DNA of 64,000 nt from positions 1 through 64,000 of the IMG/VR virus record IMGVR_UViG_3300032401_001514; one strand, written 5' to 3'. The notes under the pieces were generated by a model that did not search any database, was not told where the DNA came from, and saw nothing but the letters and a program-made list of their open reading frames with translations. The stretch is from a virus. Position numbers and translations under genes: made by a program. Position 1 is the stretch's first letter; every line of letters begins with the position of its first letter. Shown piece by piece: positions 1 through 8,307 of this stretch.

Positions 1-54
1 TAGGTCACCTGTTTTGGGTACAGGATTTCGGGTGTTCGATTCACCCCACCTCGA
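1..54 (+). tRNA. tRNA-Pro(UGG), 5'-truncated by the window edge
   Basis: Anticodon stem cctgt/acagg with loop tttgggt; T-arm gggtg-ttcgatt-caccc; acceptor 3' strand cacctcg+A. Confidence 0.85.
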
Positions 55-93
55 CTAACTTTAATTAGTTAAGAAAGACACTAGGTAAGACAA

Positions 94-336
94 GTGACAA
101 TTTTCAAAATTCGTAGAAAAAGTGACAGCCATTATTCTCTAGGCGGAAGATCTACTGATGTAGGTGCTACCGGCTGGACAAAAGATGGTGGTAAGGTGTG
201 GACGGAATTAAAGAATATAAAACGTCATTTACGTCAGTTTGATTTGGTACCGGCTGATTGGCAAATCGTTGAATTCGATCTTACTGTAAAGAGTCGAAAA
301 CAAGCGATGAAGCTAGTAAAAGGCAAACGTTTATGA
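94..336 (+). CDS. hypothetical phage protein
   Basis: 80-aa ORF, GTG start, 4-nt overlap with the next gene. Confidence 0.6.
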   Translation: MTIFKIRRKSDSHYSLGGRSTDVGATGWTKDGGKVWTELKNIKRHLRQFDLVPADWQIVEFDLTVKSRKQAMKLVKGKRL

Positions 337-800
337 AAGTTAGCCTAACAGTTTCTGAGCTTTTGATGGCCGCGAATATCGGTATCAAAAGACATATGGA
401 AGCTTTGAAGAAAGGTTTACCCGATAAGCACGGCTTTGATGGCCAAAATGGGTGGACCGTTCATATCGAAGGAGCCGCTGGAGAGTTAGCTGTTGCTAAA
501 GCGCTTAATGTATATTGGGCCGGAACAGTTAATACATTCAAAACAGGCGCTGATGTTGGCAGCTTGCATGTTAGGACCAGAAGCAAAGATAATTACGAAC
601 TATTAGTTAGAGATAATGATCCTGATGATGGTATCTTTATTCATGTTACTGGTTTAGCTCCTCATTACAATGTTGTTGGTTATCTGTTAGCAGCAGAAGC
701 TAAAAACAAAAAGTGGTTAAGGGAGCATGGTGATAGGCCAGCGGCTTACTTTGTTCCTAATGATCAATTAAAAAACATAGAAGATCTAAAACTGTTATGA
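333..800 (+). CDS. hypothetical protein, possible PD-(D/E)XK-like nuclease fold
   Basis: 155-aa ORF; GAAGELAVAK...DVG...HVRT pattern seen in phage nuclease-like proteins. Confidence 0.55.
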   Translation: MKVSLTVSELLMAANIGIKRHMEALKKGLPDKHGFDGQNGWTVHIEGAAGELAVAKALNVYWAGTVNTFKTGADVGSLHVRTRSKDNYELLVRDNDPDDGIFIHVTGLAPHYNVVGYLLAAEAKNKKWLREHGDRPAAYFVPNDQLKNIEDLKLL

Positions 801-1297
801 TTGTTTCATTTACTGGACATAGAAAAATTGGAGCTGGATACGGATCTAATCCAGCAAAAGACTATGTTATTTCCGAGTTAGAAAGTATATTAAAAGAATT
901 GAAGCCTGAAGGATGCATATCTGGTATGGCCATTGGTTTTGACCAAATAGCCACATTAGTGTGTATCCAATTGGGCATTCCATTTGAAGCAGCAATTCCT
1001 TTCTCGGGCCAGGAGAAGCGTTGGCCTTTCGATATTCAAAATGAATACAATTCTATTTTGGATAAAGCGGTAAAGAAAACTATTGTTTGTGAGGGAGAAT
1101 ATTCTGCTAAAAAAATGCAGATAAGAAATGAATACATGGTTGATAATTCTGATACTGTGGTTTGTTGCTGGGACGGATCAGCTGGTGGAACCAAAAATTG
1201 TCTTGATTATGCCAAGAAGATGAACAAGAAAATAATCAGAATTGACCCTAATGCTTATATCTCAGTAGTTCAACTGGATAGAACGGATCTTTCCTAA
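797..1297 (+). CDS. YspA/DUF1273-type SLOG family protein
   Basis: VSFTGHR, ISGMAIGFDQ, RNEYMVDNSD, WDGSAGGTKNC motifs. Confidence 0.85.
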   Translation: MIVSFTGHRKIGAGYGSNPAKDYVISELESILKELKPEGCISGMAIGFDQIATLVCIQLGIPFEAAIPFSGQEKRWPFDIQNEYNSILDKAVKKTIVCEGEYSAKKMQIRNEYMVDNSDTVVCCWDGSAGGTKNCLDYAKKMNKKIIRIDPNAYISVVQLDRTDLS

Positions 1298-1332
1298 AGA
1301 TTTGGCTGCAAGTTCGAATCTTGCCTGAGATG
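1259..1332 (+). tRNA. tRNA-Arg(CCU), overlapping the last 39 nt of the SLOG CDS
   Basis: Acceptor atctcag/ctgagat, D-loop with GGA, anticodon loop ttcctaa, T-arm gcaag-ttcgaat-cttgc. Confidence 0.85.
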
Positions 1333-1358
1333 CAGTAAAGTTTTGGCATTTATATACA

Positions 1359-1643
1359 ATGTCAAAACATGAAATTAAAGACGAGCGTAAAATAGTTGAC
1401 AATGCAATACAAAACTGTAAAGGATTTATTGACGCACTTGAATGGGTAAAACAAATAACTGATGATTCTGCTGTAAATGATAAGATTGTAGAAACAGAAT
1501 ATTTGATGGCTGAATATAGAGAAAGACTTCATTCTATAATGATTGAAGAAGGCCGGAAAGAAGAAAAAAAGAATAGAAATTCTAAAAATAAAAAAGAAAG
1601 ACAAAAAGATGAAACCAGAATTAGACAAACAGCTTTGCGATAA
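1359..1643 (+). CDS. hypothetical protein
   Basis: 94-aa ORF with a basic low-complexity tail. Confidence 0.5.
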   Translation: MSKHEIKDERKIVDNAIQNCKGFIDALEWVKQITDDSAVNDKIVETEYLMAEYRERLHSIMIEEGRKEEKKNRNSKNKKERQKDETRIRQTALR

Positions 1644-2010
1644 ATTTCCAATTTTATATAGAGATAGAGGCGCCAGCATGCAAGAAACTTGTATGTGTTG
1701 GGGGTTCCCAGGTTCAGGTTGGTTTAATTTAATTCATGATCTTTCTCAAAAATTAGAAGCAATTGCTGCATCACAACCGGATGATGAAAATAGATTAAAA
1801 GCAACGCAAGTAAAAGAAAAATTTGGAACGTTGCGCTTTTATACTAATCTATCATCGCCAGAAATAGATGACGCAATACATGAAGCAGAGAGGCTGTCAG
1901 CTATTACTTGCGAACAATGTGGTCAGGATGGAAGTAGACGTGGTATCGGCTGGATATTCACAATGTGCGATAAATGTTATGAAGAGTATGAAAAGAAAAG
2001 AAAAGGGTAG
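1609..2010 (+). CDS. conserved phage hypothetical protein (QVKEKFGxLRFY family)
   Basis: QVKEKFGTLRFY motif plus two CxxC pairs; start re-placed at ATG 1609. Confidence 0.75.
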   Translation: MKPELDKQLCDKFPILYRDRGASMQETCMCWGFPGSGWFNLIHDLSQKLEAIAASQPDDENRLKATQVKEKFGTLRFYTNLSSPEIDDAIHEAERLSAITCEQCGQDGSRRGIGWIFTMCDKCYEEYEKKRKG

Positions 2011-2040
2011 TATGCCGGGACGACTCACTGGCTGCCTGCT

Positions 2041-3051
2041 ATGACAAATATTCTTTTAGCAAGACATAAACTTCCTTCAGATTGGCTTGACGCTTCATAT
2101 GGGGAGCCGTATGTTGTCAAGGACATTCTGCTTAATACATTTGATCTTCAAAAGGAATTTAGTTATACATATGACGAATTGAGTTATCCAACATCAACTG
2201 GATATCCTCCATTAGTTTCTTTGTTAGAGGATAAACATCAGGCTCCGGTTGTCATTACTCATGGAGCTAAACAAGCATTAGGGGCTGCGTTTTACGCCTT
2301 ATCTAAATTGAATAAGTTTGATATGTATTTACCCAAACCATATTGGGCTCTTATTCCTCCTATAGCTGAAATACATAATATAAATTGTTTGGCATCAGAC
2401 TTTAATGGTTACGATAGTTATTGTTGTGTAGCTCCAAATAATCCTGATGGCAGTTGTCCTACTTCTGATGATCTAAAGAAGTTGGAAATAATAATGGAAT
2501 ATAAAAAAAATGTATTAATTCATGATGCAGCATATTACAGTCATGTTTATTTGCCGGAAAATTATAAATTAGATGTAATTGGTGATGTTCAGATTTATAG
2601 CATTTCTAAATTAACTGGTTTATCTGGATTAAGATTAGGATACGCAGTATGTAAGAACCCTGAATTTTATCGAATGATTCAAGAGTATGTAGAGATTATG
2701 ACTGTTGGGGTTTCGGTATTACCACAAATATTACTTTATGATCTCTTATTAAAAATGAAAAGATATCCAGAAGACACTAAGGCTTTTGAAAATAAATCGA
2801 ATTTAGCTTTACGTAATTCTAAGAACATTATAAAGCAAGTTAATCCTGATATTCTTGAAGTTGGAGATTTAGAAAATAATAATGGTATGTTTGGTTGGTT
2901 TAAATTGGGACCAAAAGCAAATCTTGATAAAGCTAAGATAAAAGTCGTGGACGGAAGTTTGTTCGGAGTTCCAGGTTTCATAAGAATGAATCTTGCATTT
3001 GATGAAAACAAAATGCAAGAAATTGTTCAAAAACTAAACAACAGTATTTGA
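2041..3051 (+). CDS. PLP-dependent class I/II aminotransferase
   Basis: THGAKQAL, PNNPDG, IHDAAY, YSISKLTGLSGLRLGY (PLP lysine) motifs. Confidence 0.85.
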   Translation: MTNILLARHKLPSDWLDASYGEPYVVKDILLNTFDLQKEFSYTYDELSYPTSTGYPPLVSLLEDKHQAPVVITHGAKQALGAAFYALSKLNKFDMYLPKPYWALIPPIAEIHNINCLASDFNGYDSYCCVAPNNPDGSCPTSDDLKKLEIIMEYKKNVLIHDAAYYSHVYLPENYKLDVIGDVQIYSISKLTGLSGLRLGYAVCKNPEFYRMIQEYVEIMTVGVSVLPQILLYDLLLKMKRYPEDTKAFENKSNLALRNSKNIIKQVNPDILEVGDLENNNGMFGWFKLGPKANLDKAKIKVVDGSLFGVPGFIRMNLAFDENKMQEIVQKLNNSI

Positions 3052-3058
3052 GGAAAAA

Positions 3059-3247
3059 ATGTTAAGTTCATATTTATGGTTTGCATTAATAACTAATGTA
3101 TTATCAGCGATGGTGTATATAGTTGATTTACTTAGTGATAAAGAGCGGCCAAGAATTGTAAAATACAGTGTTGGGTATGATTCATTTGGTTTGATTTTGG
3201 CTATATCACTTGCTGTATGGGTAATGAAGTGTTTAAGTTTATTATAA
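3059..3247 (+). CDS. small two-helix membrane protein
   Basis: 62 aa with two hydrophobic segments. Confidence 0.5.
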   Translation: MLSSYLWFALITNVLSAMVYIVDLLSDKERPRIVKYSVGYDSFGLILAISLAVWVMKCLSLL

Positions 3248-3249
3248 AC

Positions 3250-3306
3250 GTATAGGTGGCGAAATTTAGTAGACGCACTATGTTGAGAACGTAGCGATCT
3301 TTGACC
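3250..3306 (+). pseudogene. truncated tRNA-Leu(GAG), 5' two-thirds only
   Basis: Leu-type D-arm tggcgaaatttagtagacgca, anticodon stem ctatg/cgtag with loop ttgagaa; no T-arm or acceptor 3' strand; abuts the stop codon of an antisense HNH gene. Confidence 0.65.
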
Positions 3307-3308
3307 TA

Positions 3309-3971
3309 CTAGTTTATTTTTCCAATATTTTTGCCGCAATAAGTTTCTGTTTGAGAGTGACAATTTGGACATAGCAACCTAAGATTCTCAATTCTGTTAT
3401 CTGTTGGTGAGCCATTTATATGATCTAATTGTAATGCTATTTGTTTATTTTGCCATTTGTTTATTTGACAAATAAAACATTTATTTTGAAAAATACCTTC
3501 TTTGAGTAATCTGTGTTTTAAATTATAACTACTTGTATATTTACTATTAATTATCAAAATTGATTTCATTGGTATTTTTGGTGTCCAATTATGTGTTTTG
3601 CCTCGTAAATGAGCTTGCCCAGTCCAATGATTAATATCTATTTTTAAATCATTTATTTTTTTATTAATCCATCGTACATTGCCTCCGCCATAATTTAAAC
3701 CAAATGATTTTAACACACTTTGGCGACTTAAAAGTAATTTACATTTTTGTGTAATTTGTGCATTTGTAATTAATAATCTTTTTGTTTTTTGTGTATTGGT
3801 TTTATCATACAGATTTAAATTAAGTTTTTTGCAACGATTTTTAAAAACAGAATAAGCGTTTCCTCTTGCATTAAGACCCATTTTAAGTAAAGCTTGATAT
3901 ATATTGTTAGAAGATTTTACAGCATTAATAAAGTCTTCGTCAGAAATTTGGTAGACGCTTTTATTTATCAT
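3309..3971 (-). CDS. HNH homing endonuclease
   Basis: CFIC...LQLDHING...NRIENLRLLCPNCH motif; start re-placed at ATG 3971 because the longer ORF runs through two tRNAs. Confidence 0.85.
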   Translation of the reverse strand: MINKSVYQISDEDFINAVKSSNNIYQALLKMGLNARGNAYSVFKNRCKKLNLNLYDKTNTQKTKRLLITNAQITQKCKLLLSRQSVLKSFGLNYGGGNVRWINKKINDLKIDINHWTGQAHLRGKTHNWTPKIPMKSILIINSKYTSSYNLKHRLLKEGIFQNKCFICQINKWQNKQIALQLDHINGSPTDNRIENLRLLCPNCHSQTETYCGKNIGKIN

Positions 3972-4013
3972 AAATATATGACTATTAATACATATGTTTA
4001 TAAAAGAAAATTT

Positions 4014-4095
4014 GCTCAGGTGATGGAACAGAAGACATGCGGTTCTCAAAAAACCGTGCTTAAATAGCGTGAGGGTGCGACTCCCTTCCTGAGCA
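4014..4095 (+). tRNA. tRNA-Leu(CAA)
   Basis: Acceptor gctcagg/cctgagc, loop ctcaaaa, long variable arm, A73. Confidence 0.85.
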
Positions 4096-4103
4096 CAAAT
4101 TTT

Positions 4104-4191
4104 TCCGCAAATGGTGAAATTGGAATACACAGCAGGCTTAGAACCTGCCACCCTTAACTGGGTTTGAGAGTTCGAGTCTCTCTCTGCGGAC
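4104..4191 (+). tRNA. tRNA-Leu(UAG)
   Basis: Stem gcagg/cctgc with loop cttagaa, long variable arm, T-arm gagag-ttcgagt-ctctc. Confidence 0.85.
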
Positions 4192-4196
4192 AGTTT

Positions 4197-4586
4197 ATGA
4201 ATTGGTTTAGCTCTATAGGGATACTAAGATATAGCGAACATTACCTAGTGGTTGATGTTGATCCTGGCATTGTAGAATTAGCTAGGTCGTTAGTTCCAAA
4301 AGCATGGTATCTTAATCGTCAAAAGTATGCTCCGCATATTTCTGTTGTTAGGCACGAAAACCCTGTAGTATTAAAAAATTGGGGAAAACACGAAGGTAGA
4401 GAAGTAGAATTTAAATATTCTACTTATGTTTATAATGATGAGGTTTATTATTGGTTACAGGTTCTTAGTCCAACCTTAAATAATATAAGAATTGAATTTG
4501 GATTAAGCAAATTTAGTGAAAGGTCAAGACCTCCTGATGGTCATGATTGTTTTCACATAACGATTGGAAATACGAAGAAGGTGTAA
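4197..4586 (+). CDS. 2H phosphoesterase (T4 gp57B/Acb1-like)
   Basis: Two Hx[ST] motifs: PHISVV and FHITIG; about 130 aa. Confidence 0.7.
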   Translation: MNWFSSIGILRYSEHYLVVDVDPGIVELARSLVPKAWYLNRQKYAPHISVVRHENPVVLKNWGKHEGREVEFKYSTYVYNDEVYYWLQVLSPTLNNIRIEFGLSKFSERSRPPDGHDCFHITIGNTKKV

Positions 4587-4587
4587 G

Positions 4588-5223
4588 ATGGAAACTGTTA
4601 GCATAGAAACGATTAAGTCATTACGAAATAAGACGAACATTAGCCTTGACGCTTGTAGAAAAGCTCTTATTGAATCTAAAGGTGATATAGATGAGGCTTT
4701 AATTGTTCTTCAGAAACGCGGAGAATTAAAAGCTAATGAGCTATTTATTAAAGCAACAAATGAGGGATTAATATATTCTTATATTCATGATTATAAGATA
4801 GGCGTTATGGTTGAGGTAAATTGCCAAACTGATTTCGCTGCCAGGTCTAAAGAATTCAAGGAGTTCTGTGAGGTTGTTGCATTACAAATTGCAGCTATGA
4901 ATCCAATGTTCATTGACGATTTATCTGATGAAGAGAAAGATAAACAAATGTCAATTTTTAGGGCACAAATGGATTCATCTAAACCAAAGCCAGAGCAGGT
5001 TTTAGCAAAGATATTTGATGGCAAATTAACAAAATTGAAGAGCGAATTTTGTTTATTAAGTCAAGAGTCTGTTTTTATCCCAGGAAAAACGATTGAACAG
5101 CTTAGGACAGAATTGGTATCCAAAATTGGCGAGAACGTTTCCATAAAACGTTTTGTGCGCTGGGAAGTTGGCGTTATTAAACCTATAAGTAAAGCAGACA
5201 CCACCCAGGCTTGTACTGCATAA
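4588..5223 (+). CDS. tsf: translation elongation factor Ts (short form)
   Basis: IKSLRNKT...CRKAL N-terminal UBA-like region; EGLIYSYIH; VEVNCQTDFAA; IGENVSIKRFVRWEVG. Confidence 0.92.
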   Translation: METVSIETIKSLRNKTNISLDACRKALIESKGDIDEALIVLQKRGELKANELFIKATNEGLIYSYIHDYKIGVMVEVNCQTDFAARSKEFKEFCEVVALQIAAMNPMFIDDLSDEEKDKQMSIFRAQMDSSKPKPEQVLAKIFDGKLTKLKSEFCLLSQESVFIPGKTIEQLRTELVSKIGENVSIKRFVRWEVGVIKPISKADTTQACTA

Positions 5224-5492
5224 AAACGCCTATCTATATGATAGGTGACAGTGAAACGTTTGTTATTAACGATAGATCGAAAACCTTGATGGAGAAACTG
5301 CGATCTGAAATATTAAAAAATTTCAGAATGGTTTGGTTATATCTTTACAAAGAGAAAGATGGTAATTATGAGATTTCTGCTGCAAATCAAGAAGGCGGCA
5401 AATTAACCAAAGATGAAATATCTGCTATAAAGAGATTTGCAACGGATTTTATGTTGGATCCTAAAAATAAAGACGATTTTTTAAAGTTTTAG
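5211..5492 (+). CDS. hypothetical protein
   Basis: 93-aa ORF; true start may be ATG 5238. Confidence 0.55.
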   Translation: MYCIKTPIYMIGDSETFVINDRSKTLMEKLRSEILKNFRMVWLYLYKEKDGNYEISAANQEGGKLTKDEISAIKRFATDFMLDPKNKDDFLKF

Positions 5493-5496
5493 GCTC

Positions 5497-5524
5497 TTGA
5501 CATTTCCGCAAAAAGTAGTACGAT
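5497..5524 (+). promoter_or_regulatory. sigma70-like promoter
   Basis: TTGACA-N16-TACGAT in an intergenic gap. Confidence 0.55.
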
Positions 5525-5545
5525 ACTAACTCTGTTCCGTCCTAA

Positions 5546-5585
5546 CTGGTTTCATATGCCAGATAGTACTGGTTCAAATCCGACT
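5546..5585 (+). pseudogene. degenerate tRNA(CAU) remnant
   Basis: Stem ctggt/gccag with loop ttcatat and a ggttcaaatcc T-loop motif; no D-arm or acceptor pairing found. Confidence 0.35.
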
Positions 5586-5741
5586 CTGATACTAAAGAAA
5601 GTATAATGCAAACAATAGTTTTGAACAGATTATGCCACGTTGTTAATGGTGAACGGAAAATTATTGAAATAGAAGTAGATGACGATTTTCCGACAGAAGA
5701 AATTAAAGCCAAAGCTACAGTTGCGGCCAAGAGATTAACAC

Positions 5742-6056
5742 ATGTCTTCGGAAAAGAAAAAAAATAGAGAGAATTTTCGTAACGTTGTTTTTGAACGTGA
5801 TAAACATAAGTGCGTAACATGTGGTGTATCTAATGTGCCATTGGACGCTCATCATATAACTGATAGGAACGAAATGCCTAATGGTGGATATGTTAAAGAG
5901 AATGGAATTTCTCTTTGCTATAGTTGTCATTTAAAGGCAGAGAAGTTTCATATTTCTAACAAGACAGAATTCGAGCCTGGCTATCATCCTGCCGATCTTT
6001 ATCGGATGATTAAATCTGATTATGAAAAAGCTGTCAAGGCATCTAATGCTTTATAA
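5742..6056 (+). CDS. small HNH endonuclease
   Basis: VFERDKHKCVTCG...LDAHHI...NGISLCYSCH. Confidence 0.8.
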   Translation: MSSEKKKNRENFRNVVFERDKHKCVTCGVSNVPLDAHHITDRNEMPNGGYVKENGISLCYSCHLKAEKFHISNKTEFEPGYHPADLYRMIKSDYEKAVKASNAL

Positions 6057-6064
6057 GGTATAAT

Positions 6065-6538
6065 ATGTTTTCTAGAAGAAGTTTCATAAAATCACTAGGA
6101 TTAATTTCATTATTTAACGCATTGCCTGCTGCTGCTATTAAAAATGATAAAATTAATCCACCACAAAAACGAAAAACAAATATTATCTTAATTAAAAACG
6201 GGATAATAGTTGGGCGCGCTAAAGCAATTGATCTCTTAGAGACCCGCACTATTTCTTCTGATTTTTCGGTAGCATCTCGTATTTCAGTGTCAGGAAAGTT
6301 ATGGCTAGTTTTGTTAAATAAATCAAAAATTAAAAAACTGTTTAATAACAAGATTGCATCAAATTCTCAATTAGAACCATTTGATATAATAATTGCAGAA
6401 ACAGAAGTTCGTCAGGCAACTGAAATAAAAAACGTTTGGATAAATACTCCAATAGTTCAATATGGAACTGATGATTTTATAGTTATTGATAATATTGAGT
6501 GGCAAGCAGAATACATAAGAAAGCAGATAATAGATTGA
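6065..6538 (+). CDS. Tat-signal protein resembling a contractile tail-tube fold
   Basis: SRRSFIK twin-arginine motif, hydrophobic stretch and AAA cleavage site; PFDIII...IKNVWI...WQAEYI recalls myophage tube proteins (unverified recollection). Confidence 0.5.
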   Translation: MFSRRSFIKSLGLISLFNALPAAAIKNDKINPPQKRKTNIILIKNGIIVGRAKAIDLLETRTISSDFSVASRISVSGKLWLVLLNKSKIKKLFNNKIASNSQLEPFDIIIAETEVRQATEIKNVWINTPIVQYGTDDFIVIDNIEWQAEYIRKQIID

Positions 6539-6571
6539 TATATAGTTAAGTGAACAAAACATAAATTTTAC

Positions 6572-6645
6572 GGGCATATATCTCAATCTGGTTAGAGAAA
6601 TCGGCTGATAACCGGTGAATATAGGTTCAAATCCTATTATGCCTA
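6572..6645 (+). tRNA. tRNA-Ile(GAU)
   Basis: Acceptor gggcata/tatgcct, loop ctgataa, standard cloverleaf. Confidence 0.9.
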
Positions 6646-6651
6646 CTGTGC

Positions 6652-6734
6652 GCGGGTGTATCGAACCGGTCTTATAAATCGGATAATCGTAGCCTGGTAT
6701 ATTGCAAACGCGGGTTCAAATCCCGCCGCCCGCA
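6652..6734 (+). tRNA. atypical tRNA-Ile(UAU): no D-arm, 27-nt post-anticodon segment containing GG
   Basis: Acceptor gcgggtg/cgcccgc, 7-nt linker, stem ccggt/atcgg with loop cttataa, T-arm gcggg-ttcaaat-cccgc, A73. Confidence 0.75.
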
Positions 6735-6798
6735 CAATAATATTAAACTAATTATCGAGTGCTCTTGGATTTTCTAATCCTAATTTTAGGAGATCCTT

Positions 6799-7329
6799 AT
6801 GAGTAGAATAGAAAATTTCCTTCTCAAGTTCGTAGACATATTTAATTTAGATAGACGAGTTGTTTCTCGTGAAGATGGCGAGAAATATTTAACTCGTTAT
6901 TATATATTTAGGAAGCCTCTGAAATGGATGCCTAGTATATACATCCATTGTTTTCATAATGGCGATCCTGATTTAGAGCTGCATGACCACCCATGGTCCA
7001 AATCAATATCATTTATATTGGATGGTTCGTATCTTGAAGAAAAGAGATATGAGACAGATCATCCATTGATTCCATTATATCATGATCTTGACGCAAATTA
7101 TAAATATCTGGAAATGGATTTAGGCCCAAGATATAATGTTAATGTTAGAAAGTTTTTACAAGGAAATATAAACTATATACGTGGAACAGATTTTCATAGA
7201 GTTCAGTTGTTGACTCCAAAAGTGTGGACGCTATTTATATCCGGTCCTAAGATAAAAGATTGGGGATTTTGGGATAGGCATACAGGTAAATACATAGGGC
7301 AAGAAGAGTTCTTAAATAGAAAGATATGA
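6799..7329 (+). CDS. cupin-like phage protein
   Basis: IHCFH...DLELHDHPW...ILDGSYLEE...FHRV pattern; aggag RBS. Confidence 0.7.
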   Translation: MSRIENFLLKFVDIFNLDRRVVSREDGEKYLTRYYIFRKPLKWMPSIYIHCFHNGDPDLELHDHPWSKSISFILDGSYLEEKRYETDHPLIPLYHDLDANYKYLEMDLGPRYNVNVRKFLQGNINYIRGTDFHRVQLLTPKVWTLFISGPKIKDWGFWDRHTGKYIGQEEFLNRKI

Positions 7330-7341
7330 TTAGTAAAACAC

Positions 7342-7415
7342 GGGCCTTTAGCTCAATTGGTTAGAGCAACTCCCTTTTAAGGAGAAGGTTCTCGGATCGT
7401 TCCCGAGAAGGCCTA
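7342..7415 (+). tRNA. tRNA-Lys(UUU)
   Basis: Acceptor gggcctt/aaggcct, loop cttttaa; T-loop atcgttc (A54/U58). Confidence 0.88.
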
Positions 7416-7653
7416 CTATAAAAACAAATGTCATTATCCCAAAATAACAAGCGACAACTAATAAAATAATATATCTTTGAAATGAAAAACACAACCGCAG
7501 CACATAGATTCCGTGAAGCGGCGGACAAAATTTGGCAAATGGCAGAAGAGTACAGAGAAAAAGATTTAGAACTTGCGAAAGCTCTTAAAGATTTGTCTTC
7601 CGAACTACACAGCATTGCCCGTATTAAAGAAGAAACGGCTGGCTTAACTTAAG

Positions 7654-7860
7654 GTGGTATCAATGATTGAAGCATATCAAGAAGTCGCAAATAGAATTTC
7701 GGAATTAGCAAATGAGTTTGAAGATTGCGATGAGGTTTGTCAGCATTTGAAAGCTGCCTCCAGTCGTATCGCTAATTTAACTATAAAAAAAGGATCTATT
7801 GTTAAAATGGCTAGCGTTGATACAGCAGAAGAAACGTCAGAACTAGCAGAAGCCGTATAA
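7654..7860 (+). CDS. hypothetical protein
   Basis: 68-aa helical ORF. Confidence 0.45.
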   Translation: MVSMIEAYQEVANRISELANEFEDCDEVCQHLKAASSRIANLTIKKGSIVKMASVDTAEETSELAEAV

Positions 7861-7892
7861 AGACTCAATTATGGGCTGGGCAAGTTATCATA

Positions 7893-7965
7893 GGGACTTT
7901 AGTTTACTCGGGTAAAACCGTTGGTTTGCATCCAGCAGAAATCGGATCGTAACCGATAAGTTCCA
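7893..7965 (+). tRNA. tRNA-Ala(UGC)
   Basis: Acceptor gggactt/aagttcc with G3:U70, loop tttgcat; T-loop atcgtaa (A54/U58). Confidence 0.88.
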
Positions 7966-8199
7966 CTATTTTGGTATAACAAAATTGAAATTTATATATT
8001 TCAATGGAAACTTTGGCGTATAAGTCATAGATATAAAAGCTGTTTGATTTTTTATATAAGCGTCTGTTATATTAATATCATCCAAAAAATAATTATCTAA
8101 TACGGCCTTTTTTAACAAAGGCTTAGCTGCTTCAATAGGCGGTTTATCATAAAAAGATGATTCAATTTTATTAAGCGAAAACAATGTGTCCGGTTTCAT
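7966..8199 (-). CDS. hypothetical protein
   Basis: 77-aa ORF antisense to the tRNA block. Confidence 0.45.
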   Translation of the reverse strand: MKPDTLFSLNKIESSFYDKPPIEAAKPLLKKAVLDNYFLDDINITDAYIKNQTAFISMTYTPKFPLKYINFNFVIPK

Positions 8200-8232
8200 G
8201 TTTGGTTATATAACGTTATAGTCGAGAGATTT

Positions 8233-8304
8233 GCCTCTGTGGTGTTAATGGTAACATGCTAGTTTCGTAATCTAGTGATTTCGGTTCGATTCCGAGTAGA
8301 GGCT
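8233..8304 (+). tRNA. tRNA-Thr(CGU)
   Basis: Acceptor gcctctg/tagaggc, loop ttcgtaa, U73. Confidence 0.85.
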
Positions 8305-8307
8305 CAA

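Noticed and set aside
3250-4013. Group I intron or split tRNA carrying the HNH
   Set aside because: The break is not in the anticodon loop, the HNH is antisense, and no T-arm or acceptor 3' exon was found downstream.
3972-4151. N-terminal extension of the HNH ORF (and similar extensions at 4164, 8275, 9719, 13768)
   Set aside because: These extensions run through tRNA genes; downstream ATGs give coherent proteins.
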